Origin: Lytechinus pictus
Taxonomy: Eukaryota
Assembly: GCF_037042905.1 (NCBI RefSeq)
Contig: NC_087245.1
Span: 13,828,001 to 13,892,000, forward strand
Length of the DNA stretch: 64,000 bases
Direction of reading: 5' to 3'
Shown here: one piece after another, positions 53,301 through 64,000 of the stretch
Position numbering within the stretch: position 1 is the stretch's first letter
Layout: the number at the start of each line of letters is the position of its first letter
Translations under genes and position numbers: made by a program
The notes under the pieces: generated by a model
The model's input: only the letters and a program-made list of their open reading frames with translations
Databases searched by the model: none
What the model was told of the DNA's origin: nothing

Positions 53301-54999
53301 AATAATTGCACTTGGCGAAAGAAACATTTTATACAGTGTATAGTACTATAAAACTTGTAAACAATACATTTAATCACAACAAAATTACACACTTTCTCAC
53401 TCAGAAGTGCAAGAAAAAAGGGTAGAAAACAGAGTTAGACAGTATCAGGCCTTATAAACTACATGTATGAATGCGCGCGCTAAGTGAGCGGAGTTAGGGC
53501 AGTGGTGAGCGGCGAATGGGACAGGCGCAAGGGGTGCCGAAAACGGCGAATTACACAGCGGTGCTTTGAAGACATATAATTATTATCCTATGAAACAATT
53601 TTCCAGTATTTTCTCTTTCAGTTGACATATAGAAGTAAGGGTATCATAGCTAATTGAATGGTATATATAAAAGGCACCGAGGGAGTGATAATTTTCACTG
53701 TCATCCGAATACAGAGCAGTCCATATTTGTTTTATATACCTCATCGAGAAGGCATAACTCTATCCCCAATCGATGAAATTTCAGGACCACTAGTGTAACT
53801 CTAATCTCAATTTGATTTGCTTAATCACTTAAGTTTTAATTTAAACCAGCTGCTTTGCTGCATGCTGGCCAGGATAACCGATAACTCCAGTTGGCCAGCT
53901 GCGGCCAGCGCGCCGCGCCGTTGCGTTGGCTGCGCGTACATGACCCAGCAGCCGCGCAGCAAAGCGCAGCCAGTTAGCTCGAGCCATGCGCCAGCTAGAT
54001 GCGCACGTATAAATACACTACTTATTAGAGAAAATTATATTTAGACAATTACTTCACAAAGAGGCCTAACACTTACAAAATGGAAAAATTATTCAACACA
54101 GCTAAATTAAAAACACTTCTAAATCTGGCTAAATTTTGTAAAATAATTATGCTTCGCTTCTGATAGAGTAATCAAAGAATAGAAGTATTCATTTATTTCG
54201 TTTTATTTGTCTTTTAATAATTTATCTTGATTACTATATAGATATAGATATCACATATGTATTATTTGATAAACTGTTTAATTTTTGTATTTAGTTTGCT
54301 GCTGGTGCCTTTGTACGCATCATGTTTTACTTTTTTTTCTGTTAGTTCTAAAATTTAGTAATTCAAAAAATAATTTATTTATATCTTATTATGTTATCAT
54401 AATATTTCACTGAAATATGTGGGTTTCTTGTTTGTATTTTTTGTTCATATATATTTTTTGTAAATATGTTTAAAATTCAAATGTAAATATGTTTCAAATG
54501 TTGTTATGTTCTCCAATACCCGTTGGGGGTGATCTGAGAATAAATATTACTGTCATTACTGTCATTACTGGCCCCGCCCTTAGGGGTTACGAGTACTATC
54601 AGAGGGTTTGATAGAAGAAATGTACAGTAAGTCAAACCCCTAGACGAAGATAGACGGAATAGCACCGCGTCACATGATGCAGTTTGGACCAATGAGAGAT
54701 AACGATCTTAGTATAAGGTATATAAAATGAATTATACGGTTCAAACGACAGGCCACACCTATCTTGTAGGCCTATACTCTAATAGGCCAATTAACTACAG
54801 GAATAGGTCTTGAGAACATACGAACTGAGTTCCATTTGTAGGATACAAACTAGCCAATGTAAGGACTTTGATCAAATACTATAATGCTTAGGGTGACCAA
54901 AATTATATCTTCAGATGAAAAGTCTTTGTAGTAAATGTGATTAAAATTTCCTATACACATTCATCTACACTAATACATGTCCATTAATTTCTTTCATAG

Positions 55000-55257
55000 G
55001 ACTTCATTAACAAGGAAGTGAAAGAACACATGGATAGCTATGATGCCGATGACATCCGGGACATTATCGACATGTACCTAGCGGAGGCGGAACGATTGGA
55101 AAACGAAGAAGGCGAATGGAGAAGCAAACCGTATTTAACCAAAGATGATATCTGGATGTGTGTTTTTGATCTATTCATTGCTGGATCTGAAACTACGTCG
55201 TCGTCGTTGCTTTGGTTCATTCTCGTAATGGCGAGCATTACAGATGTACAAGAGAAG
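55000..55257 (+). CDS. CYP2-like exon 4
   Basis: DFINKEVKEH...RDIIDMYL...I-helix DLFIAGSETTS; phase 0 at both ends. Confidence 0.95.
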
Positions 55258-55867
55258 GTAATTCATAATATTCTTACTAGTTTCTGTCTTCCTCTCTTTT
55301 GGCTTCTCGTGTAAAAACCAACTCCCGAGTAAAAGGTTTTTCCGCAGGCCTTGCGTCATGGTGAAACTTTATTCGATAAGTGATCAAAAATTAACTTTTC
55401 TGACCAAGAAAATGAAGAGAACGGCTTTTAAATTAGGCCTATATATCGAGAGACTCGAGAGAAAAAATACAAACATTGTATACACAGTAACGCATTTCTC
55501 ATTGTGGTATAATGGTTCTTTGCACTTCCAAAAGTCTTGAATTATTACCCCGGCTTTACTGCCAGCAGCCTTTTATAACGTTTTTGACGCATTTGAAAGA
55601 ATGAACCCTTTCAGGTCCCCGTTTATTTGTTGAGTGCAGCATATTGCGGATAAATATTCCGAGTTCAACTAAGCAGCAGGCAAATTTCCAAACTTATTAT
55701 TGATTCTTTGTCTTATTGGTGCAGATGAGTTAAAGGGAGCGCCAGCTCGAAATCCATGTACGATAAAAAATGTTTTCGCCGGCAGGCAAATTTCCAACCT
55801 TTTTATTGATTCTTTGCCTTTTTGCATGCCGGTTACCAGTAGTTGAACTCGGTCTCGCCTAACCGCT

Positions 55868-55950
55868 GGCCGCCTCTGTGGTCTAATGGTTAAGGCATTG
55901 GCGTTCAGAGCCAGTGACCTGGGTTCGTTTCCCAGCGGAGACATTTTTTC
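55868..55950 (+). mobile_element. tRNA-derived SINE head / tRNA-like fragment
   Basis: TGGTCTAATGG A box, GGTTCGTTTCCC B box; poor anticodon arm. Confidence 0.5.
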
Positions 55951-56095
55951 TACCATTGATTCAAATGGATGACGGTTCTGTTTGATGAATAAACACGACT
56001 TTCCCGTAGATTTGCGATCTGCCGTACAAAAATATTCCCCATTGATACTGGTGTAGCTTCCATTATTTGTTATACATTCATGATTCAAATCACAG

Positions 56096-56423
56096 ATCAT
56101 AACTGAGATCGATCGGGTTGTTGGAAGGGAAAGAGCTCCATGCGTTGATGATCGCAAGGATATGCCGTATACTGACGCAACTATAACAGAGGTCCTTCGG
56201 TTCCGACCTGTTGCACCAATTGGAGTCGGGCATGCCACTGCCAAGGACGTCGAGATCAGAGGTTACACCATTCCTAAGCGTACAATGATTCTGATTAATA
56301 TCGTGGCTCTTCACCTTGATCCGAATCTATGGGAAAACCCGGAAGAGTTCAACCCTGATCGCTTCCTGAGTGAAGACGGAAAGACTGTTATCAAGCATGA
56401 TGCGTTCACTGTATTTGGTGCAG
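56096..56423 (+). CDS. CYP2-like exon 5
   Basis: EIDRVVG, MPYTDATITEVLR (ExxR), FNPDRF, FGAG. Confidence 0.95.
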
Positions 56424-57766
56424 GTAAGGATTAACAAGATCGATTAATACCGTTTTCAGTAACTCATGATTTTTTGGTCGGCACAAGACACGCACTAAAA
56501 TAGTCCGCACCACAAGCGTTCAGTAACTTAGCAGAGCGGCACTACTCTTACGACCACCCATTCAAAAGCTCGGGTACATAATCATGATGGCGCTGGTCTG
56601 GTGATGCTAAGTACAAGCATCAAAATATCACCGCACAGTGGGCCAGAATTGAGCTCGAAGTGCGCCAAAATTATATTCCGCGTTATACTTATACCGAACT
56701 ATATCGCTCAGAGGTAATTTTGGGCGTAGAATCGACTGGGCATATTTTCAAGCCAATTGGACGTCACCTTGATACTAAAATTTTATTGGCTGCTTAAAGC
56801 CTATCTGTGAAGTGGTGAATAACACTAAATTATTTGGACTATATAAAATTTGTGTGTTACTTTAAGATTGACCTGACATAACATTGGATATGCCTCTCGC
56901 ATGTCTAAAAAGTGTGTACGAAATCCTGAAAATAATTATATGACATCAAACGGATCATTGAATGAAAAAAAAAATACTTCAAAATCTATAAACATTAACC
57001 GGATTTTGTAAAATGTGTAGACTGGGGTTGAAACGCAGATAGCTAGTATATCACACCGCGAATGTATCACTCGGGAGTGTTTTACGGCTGAATGGATTCT
57101 ACAAGTCACTTATCTTTGAAAGAGGGGTGGTCGATCAGCCCTTATATTAGCCTCTTGTCGAGGCCCTGGCGGCTGCTTCCCGAGCGAAGCGAGGGATTCC
57201 CTACCTGGCGCGAGCCAGGCCTGTCTCGCGGCGCTCTGCTTCGCTCTCTGCCTTGCTTTGCCATGTTCGCTCGGAAAGCAGCCGACAGGGCCTCGACAAG
57301 AGGCTACCCTTATATGGGCTATCAACCTTACTGTTGTATACACTATGCACGGAACGTCATGTCGTTTTCATGAAATCGGCGGGAATCGACCTCGCCGTGC
57401 AAAAGTGAATGGCTATCGGCTATGAACACCTCGCCCCACACGGTGCGTTTCAATGGCTGCGCGGTATAAAATGACCGTTTTTCGGGTGATGTGTCAAGTA
57501 AAATTGACTCTAACATAAGAAGTTGCAGAAGGTCGCAGCTAAATCTAGTATCAATTTAAAGCTTAGACATCAGAGAAAATTATGGTAATATAATTTTAGA
57601 CAAAAATCCACGAAAATTTAAACTTTTCTAATGTAAATGTAAAAAAAGGTGGATGCATGCGGCCTATTTCGTGGAATAATCGCCCTAGCTGTAAACCACA
57701 TGGGATGTGTATTTTATCTGTTTGTAACCCTTTCACACGAAAAGGAATTATATCAGGACTATGTAG

Positions 57767-60003
57767 CAGGGGCGTCGATCCATTTTTCAAATTGGGGGGG
57801 GGGGGGCAAAATTATGAATCAACGTTCAAAAGGCGCTCAATCACACAAAACAACACACACACACACCCACACACATAGGCCTATATAATTATATGTATAT
57901 ATATATATATTTGTATATATAAATATATATATATAAATATATATATATATACATATATTTATATAAATATATATATATGACTCATATACATATTCTCATG
58001 GTTGATATTATTCCTGAGAAAATGTTAAAAAGACTGAATTCTTTAATATATACTTTTATTTGGCAAACTAAGATAGAAAAAGTGAAAAGAACTATAATGA
58101 CCAACAAACTGGACAATGGAGGGGTCAACATGATTGATCTATATACCCAAAAATTGAGCTTTCGACTAAGATGGCTGGGGCGCACTCTTGCGTCTAGTAA
58201 AGGAATGTGGTGTAAATTCAGCCTTTATTGGTTTAATATTTTAGGTGGTTTGAAACTACTCCTTAATTCAGACTTTGATGCTTGGAATATTAAACATATA
58301 TGCAAGCACCATCTTCCAGTCTTTTACATTGAAATATTACAGGCCTGGTTAAAGATAAAGAATAATGCTTGTTTAAAATATCACCCTAAAGTACATGGTA
58401 TACAATACGAAATTTTGTGGCACAATAAAAATGTAACCTTTCGCAACATCACCCTATTTTTTTAAGGATGGTATAAATCTGGGATAGTATTTTTGAAAGA
58501 TATTCTCAGGAATGGAAGTTTCTTACCTACAATGGAAATCTATTCCCTTCTTAAATCGCAGAAGAGTAAGCAAAGATTTATATTTGACTATACTTTATTA
58601 CGTCAGGCTATCCCTAAAATTTGGATAAATGACATTACAACACATTGTACCAACCGCAATAATAAACCTTCTTTAGAGTTTCCCAAAATAGATGTAGGAA
58701 CAAAAAATCAAATTAAAAATATTCATGATATTTCAAGTAAACAATTCTATAGACTATTATCCTTAGATTCATCGAGCATTAACAGATGCTATCTGTATTG
58801 GGAACAGATAATAGGGTCATCATTAGATTGGACAAAAACTTTTAAAAGAAATTTGTGTCACTGTAAAGAAAATAAACTGAAAGAATTCAATTTTAAGGTC
58901 ATATATAATTTATTGCCAGTAAGAAAGAATTTGTTTAAATGGAATGCTGTAACAGATGGGAGATGCCCGCATTGTTACGTGGACGAAGATGTTGTACATG
59001 CTTTCGTTGAGTGTAAGCTAAATAAGAGATTCCTTTCTTATTTGACAACAGTAGCTAAGATTGAATACAATGTCGACCTTCAAATAACAGAATTTCATTT
59101 ACTTAAGGCTCACAAAGAAACCGAACTCGATTCATTTCTTACAATTGCTTTTTGGTGCATTTATAAATGTATACTTATAAGAAACAAAACAGGAAAAGAT
59201 TGTCGAGAACTTAATTTGGAATATTTGTTTGAAAAAGAAATATGTAAACATGTGATGTGATTTTGAATGTTCAATTGTGCATATAATAAATGCCCATGGT
59301 GGGTTTAATAAAAAAAAAAAAATATATATATATATATGACTCATAAGAAAGAGGCACATATCTCACCAACAAATTAATACGAGCGCGAAGCGCGAGCTGA
59401 AATTTTTTACTATACCAACCTGAAAACCGGAAAAAGGTACCTGTTTAGGAGTGTTTGTAGTAACTCATGAGGAGGATACATATGTCACTACACGGATAAT
59501 GTGAGTGCCGAATAAATTTCATTATATTCTGACCTGAAACTTGATATTCTAAGCATTTTTGGTACCAATAATTAAGATGGGTATCTAAAACAACAAAAGA
59601 TGCGAGTGCGAAGTGCGAGCTGAAAATTTTGATATTTCGATCTGAAAGAATTGACAGAGCAATGGACGTTTTTAATAAAGAACAATCATCTAACAAAAGA
59701 TTATTGCACATCGAAGCGGGTGTTCTTTTGAGGTTTAGAACAGAAAACATTCTATTCACCTATTTAATCATGAAAAGTATAGGTTTTTGCTACAGAAATG
59801 ATGCGAGCGCGAAGCGCGAGCTGAAAATTTTTATATTCCAATCTGTAAAGCGGACATTTTGAGCACGATTTTAAATAAAGAACGAGTTGTGTATCTCAAT
59901 CTCGCTTGCTGATTTCTGTGTAAGATTACAATCTTATTTTATTTTTGCACTTGCGGAATTATTGGGGGGGGGGGGGCAAAACGATATGTTTGCCCCCCAA
60001 TGT
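57767..60003. mobile_element. hAT MITE (same family as 33147-33955), right TIR deleted, interrupted by a LINE
   Basis: CAGGGGCGTCGATCC start; 59345-60003 aligns with 33300-33903. Confidence 0.85.
57987..59322 (+). mobile_element. 5'-truncated L1/Tx1-clade LINE (ORF2 C-terminal part)
   Basis: FIWQTKIEKVKR...GGVNMID...LRWL; C-terminal CPHC-x7-H-x4-C knuckle; frameshift near 58460; AATAAA and polyA; TSD (TA)nTGACTCATA on both sides. Confidence 0.9.
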
Positions 60004-60481
60004 TTTCAAAATGACTTTTTGCGCACTTTGGTTTCGTCCCGGCCCTCTGTGCACCGGTCTGGCGCGGGCTATTTAAGCACGCGGCATTCATAAACTCACA
60101 ATTATTTTTCGACTTAATTAGCCCGGACTAGCGAGTTACTGAAAGCGGTATTACTTTGTTGACAGAAAACAAATCTATTTCTAATTGAAGGAAATGTATT
60201 CGGTATTAAGGGTAATACTCATCTCATTTAAGTATTTCACACAGTGTTATTGTGTCGCGACCTCGGGGTTGCTAATCATCGTCATATAATCCAAATCCCA
60301 AAGTATAATAAATCAACCGAGAAGTTTAAGCATTTGTTTAACTATCGGCTATCATGGTAGGTTGTGTGACAGAGTTAATGACATTTTACAACTGGCCAGG
60401 GGACTGTAAGTGTACAATACTGACAATAAAAATATGAAAATTTGTTTTTGTCTCTCAAGAAATTATTTTATGTCGTTATAG

Positions 60482-60660
60482 GTCGACGTGTGTGTCTTGG
60501 TGAGCAACTCGCACGGATGGAGCTTTTCCTCTTTGCAACAACTCTCATGCAGCGATTTCGCTTTCATCTTCCGGAAGGAGATGGTGGCGACTTCGGCTTC
60601 GGACACTGCTATGGTACTCTTGTGCCAAAGACGTTCAAAGTCTTTGCACATGAGCGATAG
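60482..60660 (+). CDS. CYP2-like exon 6 (terminal)
   Basis: [16 protein letters not shown] completes the heme motif FGAGRRVCLG; TAG stop; the six exons total 1545 nt, or 514 aa in an open frame. Confidence 0.95.
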
Positions 60661-60822
60661 ATTTTGGTTTGCTTGTAGTTATAATACTGCCACAACACAA
60701 AGCTTCAGTGTGTCCTGAGGAGGAAGAGCAAATTCAATTGCTGCAGCTTGATACCTTTATTCTTTTATCGTGGATAATTTGACAACGATCAGCTTGGAAC
60801 ATGTGTCAAATATGATTTTAGC

Positions 60823-61873
60823 CAGGGGCAGCGATCCTGGGGGCCGGGGGACACAGTGCCCCCCACCGACTTTTTGAAGCACTGAAAAAGTGCCCTTTAT
60901 TACGCAATAAAAATGCCCCTCTCACGATCGTGTACTGCGCCCCTTTCTTTGGAAAAGGACCCATTTTAGGTGTTTCCAAGTGCCCTTTCTCGTGAGTGCC
61001 TTTTTTTCAACAAAAATGCCCCCCACGACGTGTTCTGTGCCCTTTCATCTAAGAAGTACCCGTTTTATGTGTGAGCAAGTGCCATATCTCGTATCAGTGC
61101 CAGATTTTTCCCAAAAATTCCCCCTCACTAACGTGTTCTGTGCCCCTTTCATCTTTAAAGGACCCGTTTTATGCCGTTAGCAAGTGCTCTTTTGCCTCTT
61201 ATATAGGTGCCCTTTCTCGTATCAATGCTCCGTTTTACCCCAAAAAGTGCCCCTCATGAACTTCGTGTTCTTTGCCCCTTTTACTTGAGAAAGACCCGTT
61301 TTATGTCTGAGCAAGTGCTCCCTTGCCTAATTCTTGTAAGTCCCTTTCTCTAATCAGCGCCCCTTTTTACCCAAGAAAAGTACCCCTCACGATTATGTCC
61401 TGTGCCCCTTTCACCCGATATGCCGTTAGCAAGTGCCCCTTTGCCTTCTTGTAGGTTCCCTTTCTCATATCAGTGCCCCTTTTTACCAAAGAAAAGTGCC
61501 CCACGAACGTGTTCTGTGCCCCTTTTTCCAGAGAAGGATCCTATTTATGCCATTAACAAGTGCCCCTTTGCCTTCTTATAGGTTCTTTATATCAGATAAG
61601 TTTTCCTGAAAACCACTTTTTTCATGCCCGACGAGCGCCCGGTTTCTTTATTTAGCGCCGTTCTGCTTCCTTCTGCAAGTGAAAAATAAATAAAAAATTA
61701 TAAAAATAATCATACGTGCCTTAGGTTTTCCAAAAAAGTTTACGCATGCTGCCTCCCAGTGAAAAAAAAATCTGCGTCCGGCCATGTTTAAGATAGTGCC
61801 CATTTCGAAAAAAATGGTGCACTTTTTTACTGTGCCCCCCACCCCCACTTTCAAATTCTCTCCGCCGCCCCTG
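60823..61873. mobile_element. hAT MITE with internal ~125-bp minisatellite, just downstream of the CYP stop
   Basis: CAGGGGC ... GCCCCTG; 8-bp TSD ATTTTAGC; repeated aagtgcccctt units. Confidence 0.9.
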
Positions 61874-63767
61874 ATTTTAGCAAATGCCATCCTATTAATA
61901 TTATTATTATTTGGTCACAAAAAACACACACAAAATTTACAATGTAAACACAAAAATACAATTTGAAATTGAGATGAGTAGAAATGAAAGAAAAAAAGAA
62001 GAGAATAAGAAAATTGTTATCCATGGGCCAGGGCTCGCAAAAGTAAAGTTCGGTACTATTGCTTAGAGGCATGCAAGCCTCATAGAATAAAAAACAATGA
62101 GTATTGCACATTCCGGTATATACAATTACATGTTATTAAAATTCAAATAAAACACATTCAACAAACATTGTTAACAAGTATGTAACGTCAGGCAAGATCA
62201 AAGAAACAAAGAGGGGCATTGGGAAGAATTTACATACCCATGCCGGACTGAATGCTTAACATAACATATCATGAAAATAACTTAAATTTTGTGTAAATAC
62301 TAGAGCCTGAAAAGCAACAATGAAACTAAGAGGAATGCCCGAGACAGCAGCAAAAGCATGCCTCCACATTCCTATTAATGACATGTGTACTCGCCAGGCT
62401 CCAGCACCTAACACATAACAAATCATAGAGACAACACATGGTAAAATTATAGGAAACTCGTCTCCTTGATGAAGAAAAAGAAGAGAAATTAAGAACTTCG
62501 TAAAAAAAAAATAGTAATGATATTTAGATTCTTAGATTTTTTACCAAATGGACATAACAGATAATACAGCATGTACTACTGTGAAACATTATTCTGAAAT
62601 ATTAATTGAATAAAAAGTAATATTTAATTATATAATAATTGCTTACTGATAGATAATTGATTCAAATTACGATACAGGAAACACAATTGTTGGATGCACA
62701 TCATAGAATGATGCAAAGTACATGTAATTATTTAGGTTATATGTCAAGCGTATCAAATTTCAGGAAGAGCGTATGGCAACAATTAATTTGGTATAAATAT
62801 ATGAAGGGATACATGCACTGTATATTGCACCAGACAAATATAATGCTTTAAGAATTATTCATCTCCCCCTCGAGCTTAAACATGCTTAGATCAGGCTTAC
62901 ACCAATGAGTTTAAGATATGGAGAACCATCCAACACACTCCTTTACAGCCACTTTGATGCTGCAAGGATAAAATATATGAGACATGTTGTTCATTGGATT
63001 TGTCTTGCAGGTTATAGACAAAAGATCCCTACCTAACTATAGGCTAATTGCTGGCCAGATATAACAAGAAATGTGCTTTTTAAATGATATTTACTTTTTG
63101 CTGCCTCTGGTCGGATACTCGTAACAGACACATGGCTAATTTATTTTTACGGGGGAAAGCAAAAATGAATGTTGAAATATAATTTAAAATTACTCGACTG
63201 GACGCATGTGTCACATAACACCACAAATAGATATATTCCCTGAAACAAATCTTAATGTTTGTAATGTGGAAGTATGTGGAGATTTGTAAAATGCTGATTT
63301 AAAAATGGTCAAATTCTTGATATTTTTTTTTACATTTTGAAACTGTTATCATACAATATTTCGCCCAATTTCAGGACAGATAAGGCTTGGAGATCGCCAC
63401 CAAAGGCTGCAGTGCACCTGTTTATTCTTCTGTACTTTTTTTTTGAATTCGAAAGCTACATTAATTAATTTGCATCTCGTTGTCACTCCATCTTTGCATT
63501 AGCTCCATGCTTACACTTTCTCAATAAGAGGTCGATATCCGTGTTACTCAAATAACTCTACCAAAATATCAAGTCAATAATCTTTATCAAATGCAGCAAT
63601 GGTAAGAAGAAAGATATGAGGCAATGGTATCGCCCCGCCATTGATCTCTTATGATGTTACCGTTTTCCTTCTTGAGATCATTTTGACTAGCCAAAAGTTA
63701 GATATGAAAATATTTGTCATTGTAAAAATGATTTATTAAGAAATGTACTTTGAGGATTTGTGGGATA

Positions 63768-63859
63768 TGAATGAATAAATAAATAAATAAATGAATAAGT
63801 AAATAAATAAATGAATGAATGAATGAATGAATAAATAAATAAATAAATAAATGAATGAA

Positions 63860-63946
<87 letters not shown>

Positions 63947-63960
63947 ACAAATAAATTAAT
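63768..63960. repeat. (AAAT/GAAT)n microsatellite
   Basis: Directly visible. Confidence 0.95.
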
Positions 63961-64000
63961 AAATTTTGACCGGCGTTTTTAGTGAGCTGAAAATTTGGAC

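Larger units (their letters stand above)
56634..60051. mobile_element. Transib/RAG-like non-autonomous DNA transposon hosting nested inserts (CYP intron 5)
   Basis: CACCG|CACAGTGGGCC ... GGCCCTCTGTG|CACCG: CAC..GTG termini, ~38-bp imperfect TIR, 5-bp GC-rich TSD. Confidence 0.75.

Noticed and set aside
62736..63035. About 100-codon + strand frame with two stops (...YIAPDKYNALRIIHLP...RYGEPSNTLLYSHFD...)
   Set aside because: Looks vaguely coding, but I cannot recognise a family; it needs a BLASTX search before any call.
63717..63950. FIYL-repeat ORF
   Set aside because: Translation of the (TTTA)n microsatellite.

Overview
AT-rich animal genomic DNA with spliceosomal GT-AG introns. The repeat landscape suggests a marine invertebrate deuterostome, probably a sea urchin (inference). 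There are two host genes, both on the + strand. The first is the last nine coding exons (101-8673) of a CPS1/CPS III-type carbamoyl-phosphate synthetase that ends in the MGS-like allosteric domain. The second is a complete six-exon, 514-aa clan-2 (CYP2-like) cytochrome P450 (46955-60660). The rest is a dense set of nested transposable elements: Helentron/DINE-like elements with internal tandem arrays, a 5'-truncated L2-group LINE, an L1/Tx1 fragment, hAT, Tc1/mariner and Harbinger-type MITEs, and tRNA-derived SINEs. Four observations stand out: (1) a non-autonomous LTR element with non-canonical CG...CG termini and a 3-bp TSD (Troyka-like); (2) a Transib/RAG-like element with RSS-like ends and a 5-bp TSD in CYP intron 5; (3) a GC-box/E-box/CCAAT/TATA module present twice upstream of the CYP and again inside its intron 3; (4) a perfect 30-bp TA-flanked inverted repeat pair bracketing 17.5 kb. 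All coordinates were read by eye and no database searches were run.
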